From Candidatus Latescibacterota bacterium (lineage in GTDB: Bacteria; Latescibacterota; UBA2968; GCA-2709665): 64,000 nt of DNA. The stretch spans positions 3,328,001-3,392,000 of the forward strand of contig CBDCOX010000002.1 in NCBI GenBank assembly GCA_965219995.1. The letters are read 5' to 3'. The notes under the pieces are model-generated. The model searched no databases and was not told the DNA's origin. It saw only the letters and a program-made list of their open reading frames with translations. The translations under genes were made by a program, and so were the position numbers. Positions within the stretch are counted from its first letter, which is position 1; each line of letters starts with the position of its first letter. Shown piece by piece: positions 28,647-38,409 of the stretch.

Positions 28647-29215
28647 GGTCCGGCCTTCGGATTGCCGGCCCGCACCGGGTCCAGGTAGGTCAACCCGCGC
28701 CGCTGGCGGCTGCCCTCACGCTTCAAGGCGACGAGTTGGCTCCGTAGAAGATTCCGTTTGATTGCGCTGAAATGATCCGTCACCAGAACGCCGTTCAGAT
28801 GATCGACCTCGTGCTGAACCGCACGGGCGGAAATGTCCGTCATCTCCTCGCAGACGACATTGCCGTTTCGATCAAGGGCATTGACACGGACCTGCGCCCG
28901 GCGGGTTACATCTCCGACCACCCCCGGCAGGCTCAGACATCCCTCTTCACCCTCGACCTCGCCGTCGCCCTGACTCAATTCCGGATTGATCAACACAGCC
29001 GGTTCGGCTTCAGGATCGGTGGGGCTCACGTCCAGTACCACCACGCGCAGGCTTACGCCAACCTGGGGCGCCGCGAGCCCGATTCCCTCCGCCTCGTACA
29101 TCGTCTCGAACATATCGTCCACGAGAGCCCGGATTTCTTCCGTTACGGCTTCAACCGGCCGCGCTCTTCTTCTCAGCGTTGGACATCCGAATTTTTTGAT
29201 CTCTAGCAGCGCCAC
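28643..29215 (-). CDS. def: Peptide deformylase
   Basis: GIGLAAPQVG, EGCLS, QHEVDHLNG. Confidence 0.97.
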   Translation of the reverse strand: MALLEIKKFGCPTLRRRARPVEAVTEEIRALVDDMFETMYEAEGIGLAAPQVGVSLRVVVLDVSPTDPEAEPAVLINPELSQGDGEVEGEEGCLSLPGVVGDVTRRAQVRVNALDRNGNVVCEEMTDISARAVQHEVDHLNGVLVTDHFSAIKRNLLRSQLVALKREGSRQRRGLTYLDPVRAGNPKAGP

Positions 29216-29246
29216 TGTTCAGGTTCCGTATAGTGAGCGTCGGCGC

Positions 29247-30125
29247 TCATCTGCGCCGTATAGTCAGTAACGTTTCGTTCAGGCTCCCGCTTCGGTATCC
29301 CTGCATATCCACCGTGACGTACCGATATCCGATTTCCTTCAGGCGCGCGACAACCGGGTCGACGAGTCCCTCCTCGAAGAATCGTCCGATCTCCGCGGCC
29401 GGAACTTCAATGCGGGCGATGTCGTCATGGTGCCTCACCCGGACGAGGCTGAATCCCAGCGTCTTGAGAAAAGCCTCGGCCCGGTCGACCATCGAAAGCG
29501 CTTCCTCTGTCACGGGCGTCCCATAGGAAATGCGGGATGACAGGCACGCCGATGCGGGATGGTCCCAGGTCGGCAGGCCCCACGTTCTGGACAACAACCG
29601 GATTTCTTCTTTCGTCATGCCGACCTCGACCATCGGCGCCCGCACCCCACGGTCGCTGGCCGCCTTCATACCCGGCCTGAAGTCGCCCACGTCGTCCGCG
29701 ATGGCTCCATAAATCAGATATCGATAGCGTCCTCCGTACTTCGAGAGGACGTCATCCAATTCGTCCGCCAGCGCCGTCTTGCAGTGGTAGCAACGATCGG
29801 ACTCGTTCTTCACATAGTCGGGATTCTCCATTTCCCGTGTATGGACCACTTCCATCGCGATGCCGATCCTGGCCGCGAGAGCCCGCGCGTTCTCGAGTTC
29901 ACCGGTCGCATAACTGGCCGAAACCGCGGTCACCGCCAGCGCGTTCGATCCCAGCACCCTGTGCGCCGCCGCGGCCAGAAACGTGCTGTCCACGCCGCCC
30001 GAGAACGCCACGACCACACTCCCCAACCCGCCTAGAAGGTCTTCCAGCCGCCGCAGTTTTTCTTCGGCCTGCAGATTCCCGGCCCGCGTGTCTTCTCTCG
30101 TCTGTCGTCCGACAGGAAACGTCAC
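29247..30125 (-). CDS. larE: LarE-family ATP-dependent sulfur transferase
   Basis: PP-loop AFSGGVDS, RCYHCK, DFRPG, ACLSSRI, VRVRHH; GTG start overlapping the upstream TGA. Confidence 0.88.
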   Translation of the reverse strand: MTFPVGRQTREDTRAGNLQAEEKLRRLEDLLGGLGSVVVAFSGGVDSTFLAAAAHRVLGSNALAVTAVSASYATGELENARALAARIGIAMEVVHTREMENPDYVKNESDRCYHCKTALADELDDVLSKYGGRYRYLIYGAIADDVGDFRPGMKAASDRGVRAPMVEVGMTKEEIRLLSRTWGLPTWDHPASACLSSRISYGTPVTEEALSMVDRAEAFLKTLGFSLVRVRHHDDIARIEVPAAEIGRFFEEGLVDPVVARLKEIGYRYVTVDMQGYRSGSLNETLLTIRRR

Positions 30126-31579
30126 TTGCGATCCTCCACTCCGCCAGGCATCACGACCGCATCGACCATCCCGTGCAATACCTTCTTGTCCGGCGGACAA
30201 ACCGTGGCCTGCACGCCGGACAACACGGGATGACCGTCCTGAATGAAGTAGTATGGCTGAATGCGCACCCGCCCTTTCAGGCGCATGATGCGGTCCGTCT
30301 CGAAATCGTAGTACGTCACCGGAAAGCGGGAACCCGTGTGGAACTCCTGCAGAATGTGCGGCGACCTGTCAAAATCGGCAAGCGCGGAGTCGATCGTCGT
30401 CCGCCAGTCCGACTCCGACATATCGTGGCCGACCGATACGCCCCGGCTGCCCCATGCCCGGTCGGAGAACCCGGACGGCTTGATCACGAAATGGCGCTGT
30501 TTCTGTTTCAGGCTGCCGAGGGCGCGCCAATCTCCGAAGGCCTGACCGTCCACGTTCAATCCCGGTATGACGCCGTAGGGCGGCAAGGGGCGCGGGTCCA
30601 GAATCCAGGTCTTCGGAAAGGTCTGCATCAGGAATGCCACGCCCTCTTCTCCCAGCTCGCGATCCCAGAACGAACGCAACATGGGATGGTGGAAGAGTGC
30701 CATCAACATCTTTTCTTCCAACTGCGCTTTCAGCGGCGGCGTTGCCTTTACCGTTCCCTTGCGAATGGCATACAGAATCAGATCCATCTTCGGGATGTTT
30801 TTCAGGTCGAACAATTCGAAGAAACGATAAAGCACATCGATCTGCCGCCTTCCTCCCGCGCCGTTCACGAACAGTCCGGCTTCGCTGAAGAGTACCTCCT
30901 CAGGGCGTACCACGTAGGTTTCCAGCCCCGCGCGATTCAGAGACTCGCCCAACCAGGTCATTTCAGGACGGTACCCCGAGGATTCCTCGGAAACCACAAC
31001 GCCGAGAACCGGTTCTTCCAATCCGGCAATCGACCGCACCATCCCCATGAATCCGTTCAGCATTCCGTTGGCGCCGCCCACGATGTCGAATCCGAATTGG
31101 CCGTACCGCTCCGCCAGGCTGGCCGTAAACCCGATACCACCCGGCACCGAATCCAGTTCGGATGCAATCGTTCCATAAGGAGTCGGGATCAAGTCCGGCC
31201 GGATCACCAGGGGCAGATGCTGTTTGAATCGGTTCATCCTGCCGTATCCGATGACGGTTTCCGGCTTTCCCCGGTCCAGGTATGCCGATACCCATGCGGG
31301 CTGAATATTGCGGACGCTCTGAGAATACAGAAGGTTGCAGGCTCTGTAAAATCCGTATAGATGGACGCCCAGGCGTTTCAGATGTTCGATCACCCGCGGC
31401 GGCATCCAGAACGGCTCGGGAGACACCCGCCACGGGCTGTTCGAATTCGGATGCACCGTGCGCTGCACGTCCGTATACAGGCCGCCGGAGGGCGTCATCC
31501 TGTCAATATGAAGGCTCCGCTCCTTCGCGTCCGTCAATTCAATCGGTTCCTGCTGCGCACAGATTCCCATGCCTCGCAC
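30122..31579 (-). CDS. Circularly permuted ATP-grasp-like ligase (hypothetical)
   Basis: IRPDLI..ELDSVPGG, VLYRFFE, IKPSG..WGSRGV, ILQEF; start uncertain. Confidence 0.6.
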   Translation of the reverse strand: MRGMGICAQQEPIELTDAKERSLHIDRMTPSGGLYTDVQRTVHPNSNSPWRVSPEPFWMPPRVIEHLKRLGVHLYGFYRACNLLYSQSVRNIQPAWVSAYLDRGKPETVIGYGRMNRFKQHLPLVIRPDLIPTPYGTIASELDSVPGGIGFTASLAERYGQFGFDIVGGANGMLNGFMGMVRSIAGLEEPVLGVVVSEESSGYRPEMTWLGESLNRAGLETYVVRPEEVLFSEAGLFVNGAGGRRQIDVLYRFFELFDLKNIPKMDLILYAIRKGTVKATPPLKAQLEEKMLMALFHHPMLRSFWDRELGEEGVAFLMQTFPKTWILDPRPLPPYGVIPGLNVDGQAFGDWRALGSLKQKQRHFVIKPSGFSDRAWGSRGVSVGHDMSESDWRTTIDSALADFDRSPHILQEFHTGSRFPVTYYDFETDRIMRLKGRVRIQPYYFIQDGHPVLSGVQATVCPPDKKVLHGMVDAVVMPGGVEDRK

Positions 31580-31699
31580 CTGATCCGTTTCGGTAAATGA
31601 GCGGCCCGGCGGCCGAATCCGGGCAACCTGTTTCCGGGACAGAGCTCCTGTTTCCGCCAGGATACCGCGACGACTCGGCTTGCTTCCAACGGCGAATGC

Positions 31700-32158
31700 T
31701 CACGAACCGCTTCCCCCGCTCCGTCCCTGACGTCGTTTCGGCTTCCTGACTCTTTTCCACACCACGGTGGACCCGCCGATCCGGAGTCGCCGCCAGGGTT
31801 CGCCGGTGTCGCCGGTCTCACCGCTCTGCTCGCCGGGCTCCGAACCGGCGTCCCGGTGATTTCGGGCCCGGGGACGCGGTGCCGCGGATTTGTCGGCCGG
31901 CAGGAGCGCCTGAACGGATGACAGCGCTTCCGGAACGGAAAGCCCCTGGGCATCCGATTCATCCTGCAGGTTCAGGCGCGCGGCAGCGGCCTCATATACA
32001 GCCTTCGCCGCCTCAACGCGCGCTTCGAGAAGGCCGAGCGTTCGTCTGAGCTCGTCGACCCGAGAGGCGGAGGCCTCAATTTCGCGTCGCGCGTGCTCAA
32101 GCACCTGTTCGTAGACGTCGTACCGTTCACCCGTTGTTTCTTCCATCATCTCCACCAA
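31700..32158 (-). CDS. Hypothetical protein with N-terminal coiled coil
   Basis: Heptad-like LEHARREIEAS..VDELRRTLGLLEARVEAA; GGTGGAG before ATG; co-oriented with neighbours. Confidence 0.55.
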   Translation of the reverse strand: MVEMMEETTGERYDVYEQVLEHARREIEASASRVDELRRTLGLLEARVEAAKAVYEAAAARLNLQDESDAQGLSVPEALSSVQALLPADKSAAPRPRARNHRDAGSEPGEQSGETGDTGEPWRRLRIGGSTVVWKRVRKPKRRQGRSGGSGS

Positions 32159-32270
32159 TCAACCGTGACTCGTGTTTTTCGGTGCCGTTTCGCAGCCATG
32201 CCCTTTGTGTCTTTTGTGCTTTTTGTGGCTGATTTTTCGGTTGTCTTTTTTCGAATTGAGGTCAATGCTG

Positions 32271-32432
32271 GTGTCCTGTCCCAAAAATACCTCACCATTC
32301 TTCCGCCGATTCATCCCGTCTCGCAGCGTTGCCTTCGCTCGCCGACCTGTCCAGGTCGCCTGCGCTCTGGCGCCTTGCGAGCCGGGCGACTCGACGGCCG
32401 AATTTTGGCAACTTATTTCCGGGACAGAACAC
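32271..32432. mobile_element. 162-bp MITE with 19-bp TIRs
   Basis: GTGTCCTGTCCCAAAAATA ... TATTTCCGGGACAGAACAC (16/19 match); end fragments at 1034-1069 and 31612-31647. Confidence 0.75.
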
Positions 32433-34348
32433 TAGTTCCCTTCGGCAAGCGCCAACTTCAACCTCTGTCGGTATCGTTCGGGATCCTTGAGAATCCGAAC
32501 GGCCTCCTGAAACTGTTCATCGCCGCTCAGGCGCGCCAGAATACGCCCTTTCTTGCCCCAAACCCGGTTTCCCAGCTCCCTCCCGATCTCCAGCCGGATA
32601 AACGGTTCGGCCTTTTCGAACTCCGCCTCCCGCTCCGTTTCAACAACGTTTCGCAGGACATCCAGCGCCTGGTCCGCCTTCGCCTCAAGTCCTGCCGCCT
32701 TCAGTGCACGGCTCAGATTCTCCAGTTCGTTTTCTGACGGCGTACGGTACCGCTTGAAGTTCCCGATCTTTGAGGTGTCCGCGAGGAATGCACGGAACGC
32801 GGCGATTTCGGTATCTCCCACCTCATACTCCTCCGGGTGCATGGGAAACGCGTTCCGCGCGGCGTATTCAACGGCAAAATCGAAAAAGAGACCGGCTCGG
32901 TACATTTCCAGAACCAGCCGCGGCCTGCGCTCTGGCTTCACAACCACGTCGGGCGTAATTCCGCCTCCGCCGTAAACCGTGCGTCCACCCGCGGTTTTGA
33001 ATGCCATGGCCGAGTCCGGGGCTTCGGAAGCGAGGCTTTCCTCTCTCAGCGCCTTCCCCAGCATCCGCCCCAGTTCCATCTCGAAAAGCTGCTCCGCCTG
33101 GTTCGAGGATTCCAGGTCGAACTGCTCAAAGAGCCGTGTGATCGCGTCCTCCCGCGTCTCTTCCCCGGCAATCGTCGCAACCGTCTGGTACAGCGGCACC
33201 TGCAAGTCCCCAACGTTCAGGGCAAGGTTGCCCAACCTGCCGAATCGTCTGTTTTTGTGGATGCTGCGCCCGCTGGGGGTGTAGTAAAGCGCCGTTGTCC
33301 ACTTGAGCGCCTTGTCGTCGCCAACTTGCTGGAAGGATTGCACAGATCCTTTCCCGAAGGTCGGCACCCCAAGGATCAACCCGCGGTCCGAGTCCTGAAT
33401 TGCGCCGGCAACAATCTCCGAAGCGCTGGCGCTGTGTGCGTTGACGAGTACCACAAGTGGGATATCCCTGACCAGGGACCTCTCCCGGGTACGATATTCC
33501 TTATTCTGGGATTCCACGCGACCCCGGGTGGTGACGACCAGCAGATCGGGTCCGAGAAACACGTCGGCGACGGCGACGGCCTGGGTCAGCAGCCCGCCCG
33601 GATTCCCCCGCAAGTCCAGTATAATGCCCTCCACGTTCTTCGCTTTCAATTCATCAACTGCGGCCGCCAATTCATCGGGCGTGGTTTCCGAGAACCGGCT
33701 GTTGATCAAGCCGGACATGGCGATATAACCGATGCCTTCTTCAATTCCCGCAATGCTCGCCACGCTCTTTACGCGAATGTGCGCCCGAATGATCTCCTGG
33801 TCGAACGGCGCCGACCGGCCCGTCCGGTCGATTGTAACCACAACCCGATTGCCCGGCTTCCCCCGCAGCACATCCACAACTTCCTCCAGCTTCCTGTTGA
33901 GCGTGGGGTCGCCATCCACCGCGACAATCCGATCCCCGACCACGAGTCCGGATGTGTCCGCGGGGGTACCCTCGATCACACTCAGAACGACGGGCACCTC
34001 GACACCTCTCCTCTTCATGGTGCTGATCGTGATGCCCAGGCCGCCGAATTTCCCCTGGGTATCGATCATAAGGTCTTCGAAGGTGCGCCGATTGAGGAAT
34101 TGGGTATACGGGTCCAGTTCATCCAGCATGCCTTCAATGGCCGAGGTCGTGAGCGAGTCGGATGCCAGGGGTTTAAAGTAGCTCGTGGTCAGCAATTTCA
34201 GCGTTTCGGCGTATTCGTCTATACTGCGACCCACCGTGGCGTACGCGTCTTCCCCTTTTACGAGACGCGAGTCCAGGAACACGCCGGTTGCCAGAATGAC
34301 GACAAGCGACACCCCAACCCAAATTCGTCTGCGATTCCGTCCGATCAT
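32432..34348 (-). CDS. ctpA: S41 carboxy-terminal processing protease
   Basis: LDPYT, FGGLGI PDZ, LDLRGNPGG, SASASEIVAGA, TFGKGSVQ, GGGITPD; N-terminal TM; GGAGG RBS. Confidence 0.92.
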   Translation of the reverse strand: MIGRNRRRIWVGVSLVVILATGVFLDSRLVKGEDAYATVGRSIDEYAETLKLLTTSYFKPLASDSLTTSAIEGMLDELDPYTQFLNRRTFEDLMIDTQGKFGGLGITISTMKRRGVEVPVVLSVIEGTPADTSGLVVGDRIVAVDGDPTLNRKLEEVVDVLRGKPGNRVVVTIDRTGRSAPFDQEIIRAHIRVKSVASIAGIEEGIGYIAMSGLINSRFSETTPDELAAAVDELKAKNVEGIILDLRGNPGGLLTQAVAVADVFLGPDLLVVTTRGRVESQNKEYRTRERSLVRDIPLVVLVNAHSASASEIVAGAIQDSDRGLILGVPTFGKGSVQSFQQVGDDKALKWTTALYYTPSGRSIHKNRRFGRLGNLALNVGDLQVPLYQTVATIAGEETREDAITRLFEQFDLESSNQAEQLFEMELGRMLGKALREESLASEAPDSAMAFKTAGGRTVYGGGGITPDVVVKPERRPRLVLEMYRAGLFFDFAVEYAARNAFPMHPEEYEVGDTEIAAFRAFLADTSKIGNFKRYRTPSENELENLSRALKAAGLEAKADQALDVLRNVVETEREAEFEKAEPFIRLEIGRELGNRVWGKKGRILARLSGDEQFQEAVRILKDPERYRQRLKLALAEGN

Positions 34349-34478
34349 ATTCCGCCTCCGCATTGTCCGTTCCCGCCATCCTGCGGCACAGCGGGAAGTG
34401 TTCTGCCCGGGTAAGCTGTAACGTTGGACGCGTCCTCTGCCCCCGTGCACCCGACCACGCGCCTGGATTCTCCGATTT

Positions 34479-35114
34479 TCATCCGCCGGGGCGATCCGCG
34501 GCCGAAAGCCGTTTGTGTGTCTCGTTGTAAATCAGGCATGCCAGATCCTCGACGGACAGAAGGCCGTCAACCCGAAAAACGCGCTCGGGTTGCTCCTGCC
34601 AGATCCTGCGATACCCGCCTCTTACCCGCTCAAAAAAAGCGTCGCCGGCCGCTTCGAGCCTGTCGGCATCTGCCGACGTGGACCGCTGTCTGGCCGTTTC
34701 GAGATCCATATCGATCCAGACGGTCAGGTCCGGCCTAAGCCCCCCCGTGGCCACCTCCTGCACCGCCTGAATGCCGTCCTGTTCCAGCCCGCGCCCATCG
34801 CCCTGATAGACCATCGTGGAATCAGCATAGCGGTCTGAAACAACCACTTTGCCCTGCAACAGTGCCGGCCGGATCAGCGCATTGACGTGCTGGGCCCGAT
34901 CGGCCGCGAATAACAGCATCTCGGCGACGGGATCCATCTCCGCCCGACGCGCGAGTACGAGACTGCGCACCTTTCGGCCAAGCCCGGTTCCCCCCGGCTC
35001 CAGGGTGAACACCACGTCGCGGCCCTCCGTGCGAAGCCTCTCAACCAGCCGCTCGGCCTGTGTGGTCTTTCCGCACCTGTCGATGCCTTCAAACGTAATA
35101 AACAGTCCGGCCAC
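34479..35114 (-). CDS. tmk: Thymidylate kinase
   Basis: FITFEGIDRCGKTTQ, EPGGT, LLFAADRAQH, SDRYADS; GGGAGG RBS before GTG. Confidence 0.95.
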   Translation of the reverse strand: MAGLFITFEGIDRCGKTTQAERLVERLRTEGRDVVFTLEPGGTGLGRKVRSLVLARRAEMDPVAEMLLFAADRAQHVNALIRPALLQGKVVVSDRYADSTMVYQGDGRGLEQDGIQAVQEVATGGLRPDLTVWIDMDLETARQRSTSADADRLEAAGDAFFERVRGGYRRIWQEQPERVFRVDGLLSVEDLACLIYNETHKRLSAADRPGG

Positions 35115-35152
35115 GCCGATGGAACCTCCCGTGCCACACGCAGGTTGCGCCT

Positions 35153-36067
35153 TTATCCGAGCAACTGCGTCAGGATCGCCTTCTGGACGTGCATCCTGTT
35201 TTCCGCCTGATCCACCGCTACGCATCTGGGGCTTGCCATCACTTCGGCCGTCAATTCGTACCCTTTGTGCGCGGGCAGGCAATGCATGACCAGCGCGCCG
35301 GTCTTGTCCAGGAGGTCCATCGTAATCTGATACGGAGCAAATGCCTCGACGCGCCGTTTCTTTTCCACTTCATATGCGGGATCTTCGAAAAACTCCATGT
35401 CGATCCAGGTATCCGTATAGAGAAAGTCTGCCTCGGCCGCTGCCGCCTCCAGGTCGAGGGTTTCCTGAAAAAGACCGGTCGTCCGTGCCCGATCGGTGAG
35501 GTCTTCGTCTTCGGAGGGTTTGTTTACCTCCGGCGTCACCGTCGTGATCCTCACTCCGGCCTTGGTACATCCGGCAATTAATGAATTGCACACATTGTTC
35601 CGAATTCCCACGTAAACCACGTGGGCGCCTTCGAGTTTTCCCCGGATTTCGCGGACCGTCATCAGATCGCCAAGCGCCTGGCAGGGATGGTACCGGTTGC
35701 AGCAACCGTTGATCACAGGCACCTCGGCCCCCGCGGCAAGTTTCTTCAGGTCGCAATGGTTCAACATCCGGGCCATAATGACGTCAGCGTATCGGGAAAG
35801 CACCTGGGCCTCGTCGCCGAGGTCCGCGAGCTGGAAATTGGTGGCCCGCCAGTCCAGATTCATGGCAAACCCGCCCAATTGGTTCATGCCCGTCTCAAAC
35901 GAACACCGGGTACGCGTCGACGGCTTCTGAAACAGCATCGCCAGCGTCCGGCCCTGCAATGCGCCCGAAAATCGTTTCGGGTCTGCCTTCATCAACAGAC
36001 CCGCTTCTACCGTTTCCAGGATGTCCGCTTCCGACCATGTCTTGAGCGTAATCAGATCCATGGGCAA
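35153..36067 (-). CDS. argF: Ornithine carbamoyltransferase
   Basis: STRTR, HPCQ, HCLP, QAENR. Confidence 0.9.
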   Translation of the reverse strand: MPMDLITLKTWSEADILETVEAGLLMKADPKRFSGALQGRTLAMLFQKPSTRTRCSFETGMNQLGGFAMNLDWRATNFQLADLGDEAQVLSRYADVIMARMLNHCDLKKLAAGAEVPVINGCCNRYHPCQALGDLMTVREIRGKLEGAHVVYVGIRNNVCNSLIAGCTKAGVRITTVTPEVNKPSEDEDLTDRARTTGLFQETLDLEAAAAEADFLYTDTWIDMEFFEDPAYEVEKKRRVEAFAPYQITMDLLDKTGALVMHCLPAHKGYELTAEVMASPRCVAVDQAENRMHVQKAILTQLLG

Positions 36068-36143
36068 ACCACGCTCTCTATCACCCGTTCGCGCGGTCGA
36101 TTGCCGACCGCCGCCCGTTTCCGTTCGATTCGATCGCCGGAGA

Positions 36144-37103
36144 TCACCGCAGCTGCTTCCCTACTTCGTCCAGTAGCATCCGTTTCGCCTCTTCCAGGTG
36201 CTTTTCAATCCTGCAGCCCGATGCCCGCGTGTGCCCGCCGCCGCCAAACGCCGCGGCGACGCGGTTCACATCCACCGCGCCGCGGGAACGAAGGCTGACG
36301 CGGAACCGTCCCGGGGCCTCTTCCTTGAAGAACAACGCCGCCTGAATCCCGTCGATCGCCATCGCGTGGTCTACCACCGGGTCCAGATCGCCGCCCTTGC
36401 GGAATGTTTCGTAGTCCACAACCAGTGTATTCACTCGAGCGTCGAAATGAAGTTCCAGGGTACTCAAGGCGGCCGCCAGCGTCACCATGGTCTGATAGCT
36501 CTCCCGGGCAAACAGCGCATCGGCGATCTCTTCCGGGTTGGCGCCGAAATCCACCAGTTCGCCGCAGACCTTTAACGCCCGTTCCGGATGAGAAACCCTG
36601 AAAAGCTTGGTATCGAACGCGATTCCCGTGTAGATCTGGGTGGCAACCGCCGGATCGATTGCCGTTCCGGCAGCCCGAAGCAGTCCATAAACCAGTTCGC
36701 TGGCGGAACTGGCCGAACGGTCCACAATGCGGACGTTGCCTTCCGGTTTCCGGACGGCGTGATGATCGATGATCATCGTGCGTGCGTCCTCACGGAGAAG
36801 ACGCCCCACGTCGCCCACTCTTTGCGGGTCCAGCGTTGGCGTGTCCACGAATATCGCCCGGCTGAACGCCGGCTGTGCCGCTAGCGACCCGTACAGTTCA
36901 ATATGGTTAAATCCCGGCAGAAAAGCAAATTTCGGATTCAACGTCTCATCGCTGACGACGAGACGGCACGTCCGCTTCTTCCGGACGAGCATTTCCCTGA
37001 TCGCCAGAATGCTTCCAACCCCATCCCCGTCCGCATTGACGTGGGTTGAGACCAGATATGGTACGTCGGGATCGATAAAAGACAAGGCCGCGGTGTAGTC
37101 CAT
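36144..37103 (-). CDS. nrnA: DHH/DHHA1 phosphoesterase (NrnA-like)
   Basis: THVNADGDG, IIDHH, SLRS, FGGGGH. Confidence 0.88.
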   Translation of the reverse strand: MDYTAALSFIDPDVPYLVSTHVNADGDGVGSILAIREMLVRKKRTCRLVVSDETLNPKFAFLPGFNHIELYGSLAAQPAFSRAIFVDTPTLDPQRVGDVGRLLREDARTMIIDHHAVRKPEGNVRIVDRSASSASELVYGLLRAAGTAIDPAVATQIYTGIAFDTKLFRVSHPERALKVCGELVDFGANPEEIADALFARESYQTMVTLAAALSTLELHFDARVNTLVVDYETFRKGGDLDPVVDHAMAIDGIQAALFFKEEAPGRFRVSLRSRGAVDVNRVAAAFGGGGHTRASGCRIEKHLEEAKRMLLDEVGKQLR

Positions 37104-37131
37104 AATCCGGCTCTGAAACCCCCCTGTCAGA

Positions 37132-37950
37132 TCAACGTCCGTCTGCTGCTCGCGAGCCGCACGTTCCACGCCGCGCAGCCCCACCCTGTTCGATTTTCCG
37201 CAATACGAAATGGACCCGATCCGACCCCTCGTCGGGCGCGCAGAAGCTGAATCCGTCGTAAGCCCCTTCGATGGAAAACGGAGACTGCTCCAGCGCGGCC
37301 TGCATTTCCGGCAGTGCGTATATCCGTTGACGATGCACCTCTTCCACGGCTTCGTCGGTCCGCGTGAACCGGATCTTGAAGCGGTTGAACTGAATCCCGT
37401 TCCTGTAAAAGCTCTCGCGGACGTACGTGAACCCGTCTCCGCGGTCTCTATCCGTCAACTTGCGAAAGTACCTGAGCGAGTTCGTTTCGGTACAAACGTC
37501 GAAAATAAAAATACCTTGCGGCGGCAGAATCGTGTGGACTTCCTCCAATGCCCGGGCGACGTCCTCGATCGTCATCAGATAATTCATGCTGTCGTACAGA
37601 CACAACGCAGCCTCGAATCGGGGCAGCCCGGTCAGGTCAAGCAGGTTTCTGTGGAAGAACTCCACGCTGTGCCCGGATCTTCGCGTCTTTTCTTGCGCCA
37701 CGTCCAGCATTTCCCGGCAATTGTCCGCACCGGAGGCGAGATAGGCCCGTTTTCGCAATTCCAACGCCATACTGCCGGTGCCGCATGCGAGATCCACCAC
37801 CCGTGACGGTGTGGCTTGATGTCGCGCAAAGACAGCTTCTATGTAGTCCGCCCACTGCACATAGTCCACGTGCCGCATCACATGGTCATAGATCTCCGCG
37901 AGCCGGGTGTACGGTTGGGCCGCAGGTGGATATCTCTTTCGTCCGAGCAT
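37132..37950 (-). CDS. Class I SAM-dependent methyltransferase
   Basis: VDLACGTG motif I, CLYDSMNYL, GIFIFD. Confidence 0.9.
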   Translation of the reverse strand: MLGRKRYPPAAQPYTRLAEIYDHVMRHVDYVQWADYIEAVFARHQATPSRVVDLACGTGSMALELRKRAYLASGADNCREMLDVAQEKTRRSGHSVEFFHRNLLDLTGLPRFEAALCLYDSMNYLMTIEDVARALEEVHTILPPQGIFIFDVCTETNSLRYFRKLTDRDRGDGFTYVRESFYRNGIQFNRFKIRFTRTDEAVEEVHRQRIYALPEMQAALEQSPFSIEGAYDGFSFCAPDEGSDRVHFVLRKIEQGGAARRGTCGSRAADGR

Positions 37951-38026
37951 AAATCCAATATAAACAGGACACAGGGAAAGGGCAAACGACAGGCCCGCGC
38001 ACCCGCGGCTCTCCCTGTGGTTCCCC

Positions 38027-38054
38027 AAAAAAACCCGGCCCCAACGGGACCGGG
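38027..38054 (-). terminator. Rho-independent terminator after the S4-domain gene
   Basis: Minus strand CCCGGTCCC-GTT-GGGGCCGGG-TTTTTTT. Confidence 0.75.
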
Positions 38055-38087
38055 CACTCCGGCTTGACGGACTGGCTTCGGGCTGTG

Positions 38088-38360
38088 TCAGAAGTCTGTG
38101 ACCGCACGCGCCTCGTCCCGAAGCACTTCGTAATACGATCTGGCATCCGCCCGGGAGACGTTTCCGGTCGGCAGCTTCAGGATTTTCAGTTCCAGGTATC
38201 GATCCAGAAACGAGATGCTCACGCGCCTGCCCGGTCCGACGGCATGTCCCGGCTTCGCCCGCCGTCCGTCAAGCGTCACGATTCCATTCTCGCAGGCGCG
38301 TTTTGCCTCGGACCGCCGCCGCGTCAGACAACATCGTTTCAGGTATAGATCCAGCCGCAT
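38088..38360 (-). CDS. S4-domain RNA-binding protein (Hsp15/RqcP-like)
   Basis: MRLDLYLK..L.RRRSEAKRACENG..KPG. Confidence 0.88.
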   Translation of the reverse strand: MRLDLYLKRCCLTRRRSEAKRACENGIVTLDGRRAKPGHAVGPGRRVSISFLDRYLELKILKLPTGNVSRADARSYYEVLRDEARAVTDF

Positions 38361-38409
38361 GTTGAATTGAACGCCCGTTGTCGACTCGGATCCGGGGCGC
38401 GCCGCGAAC

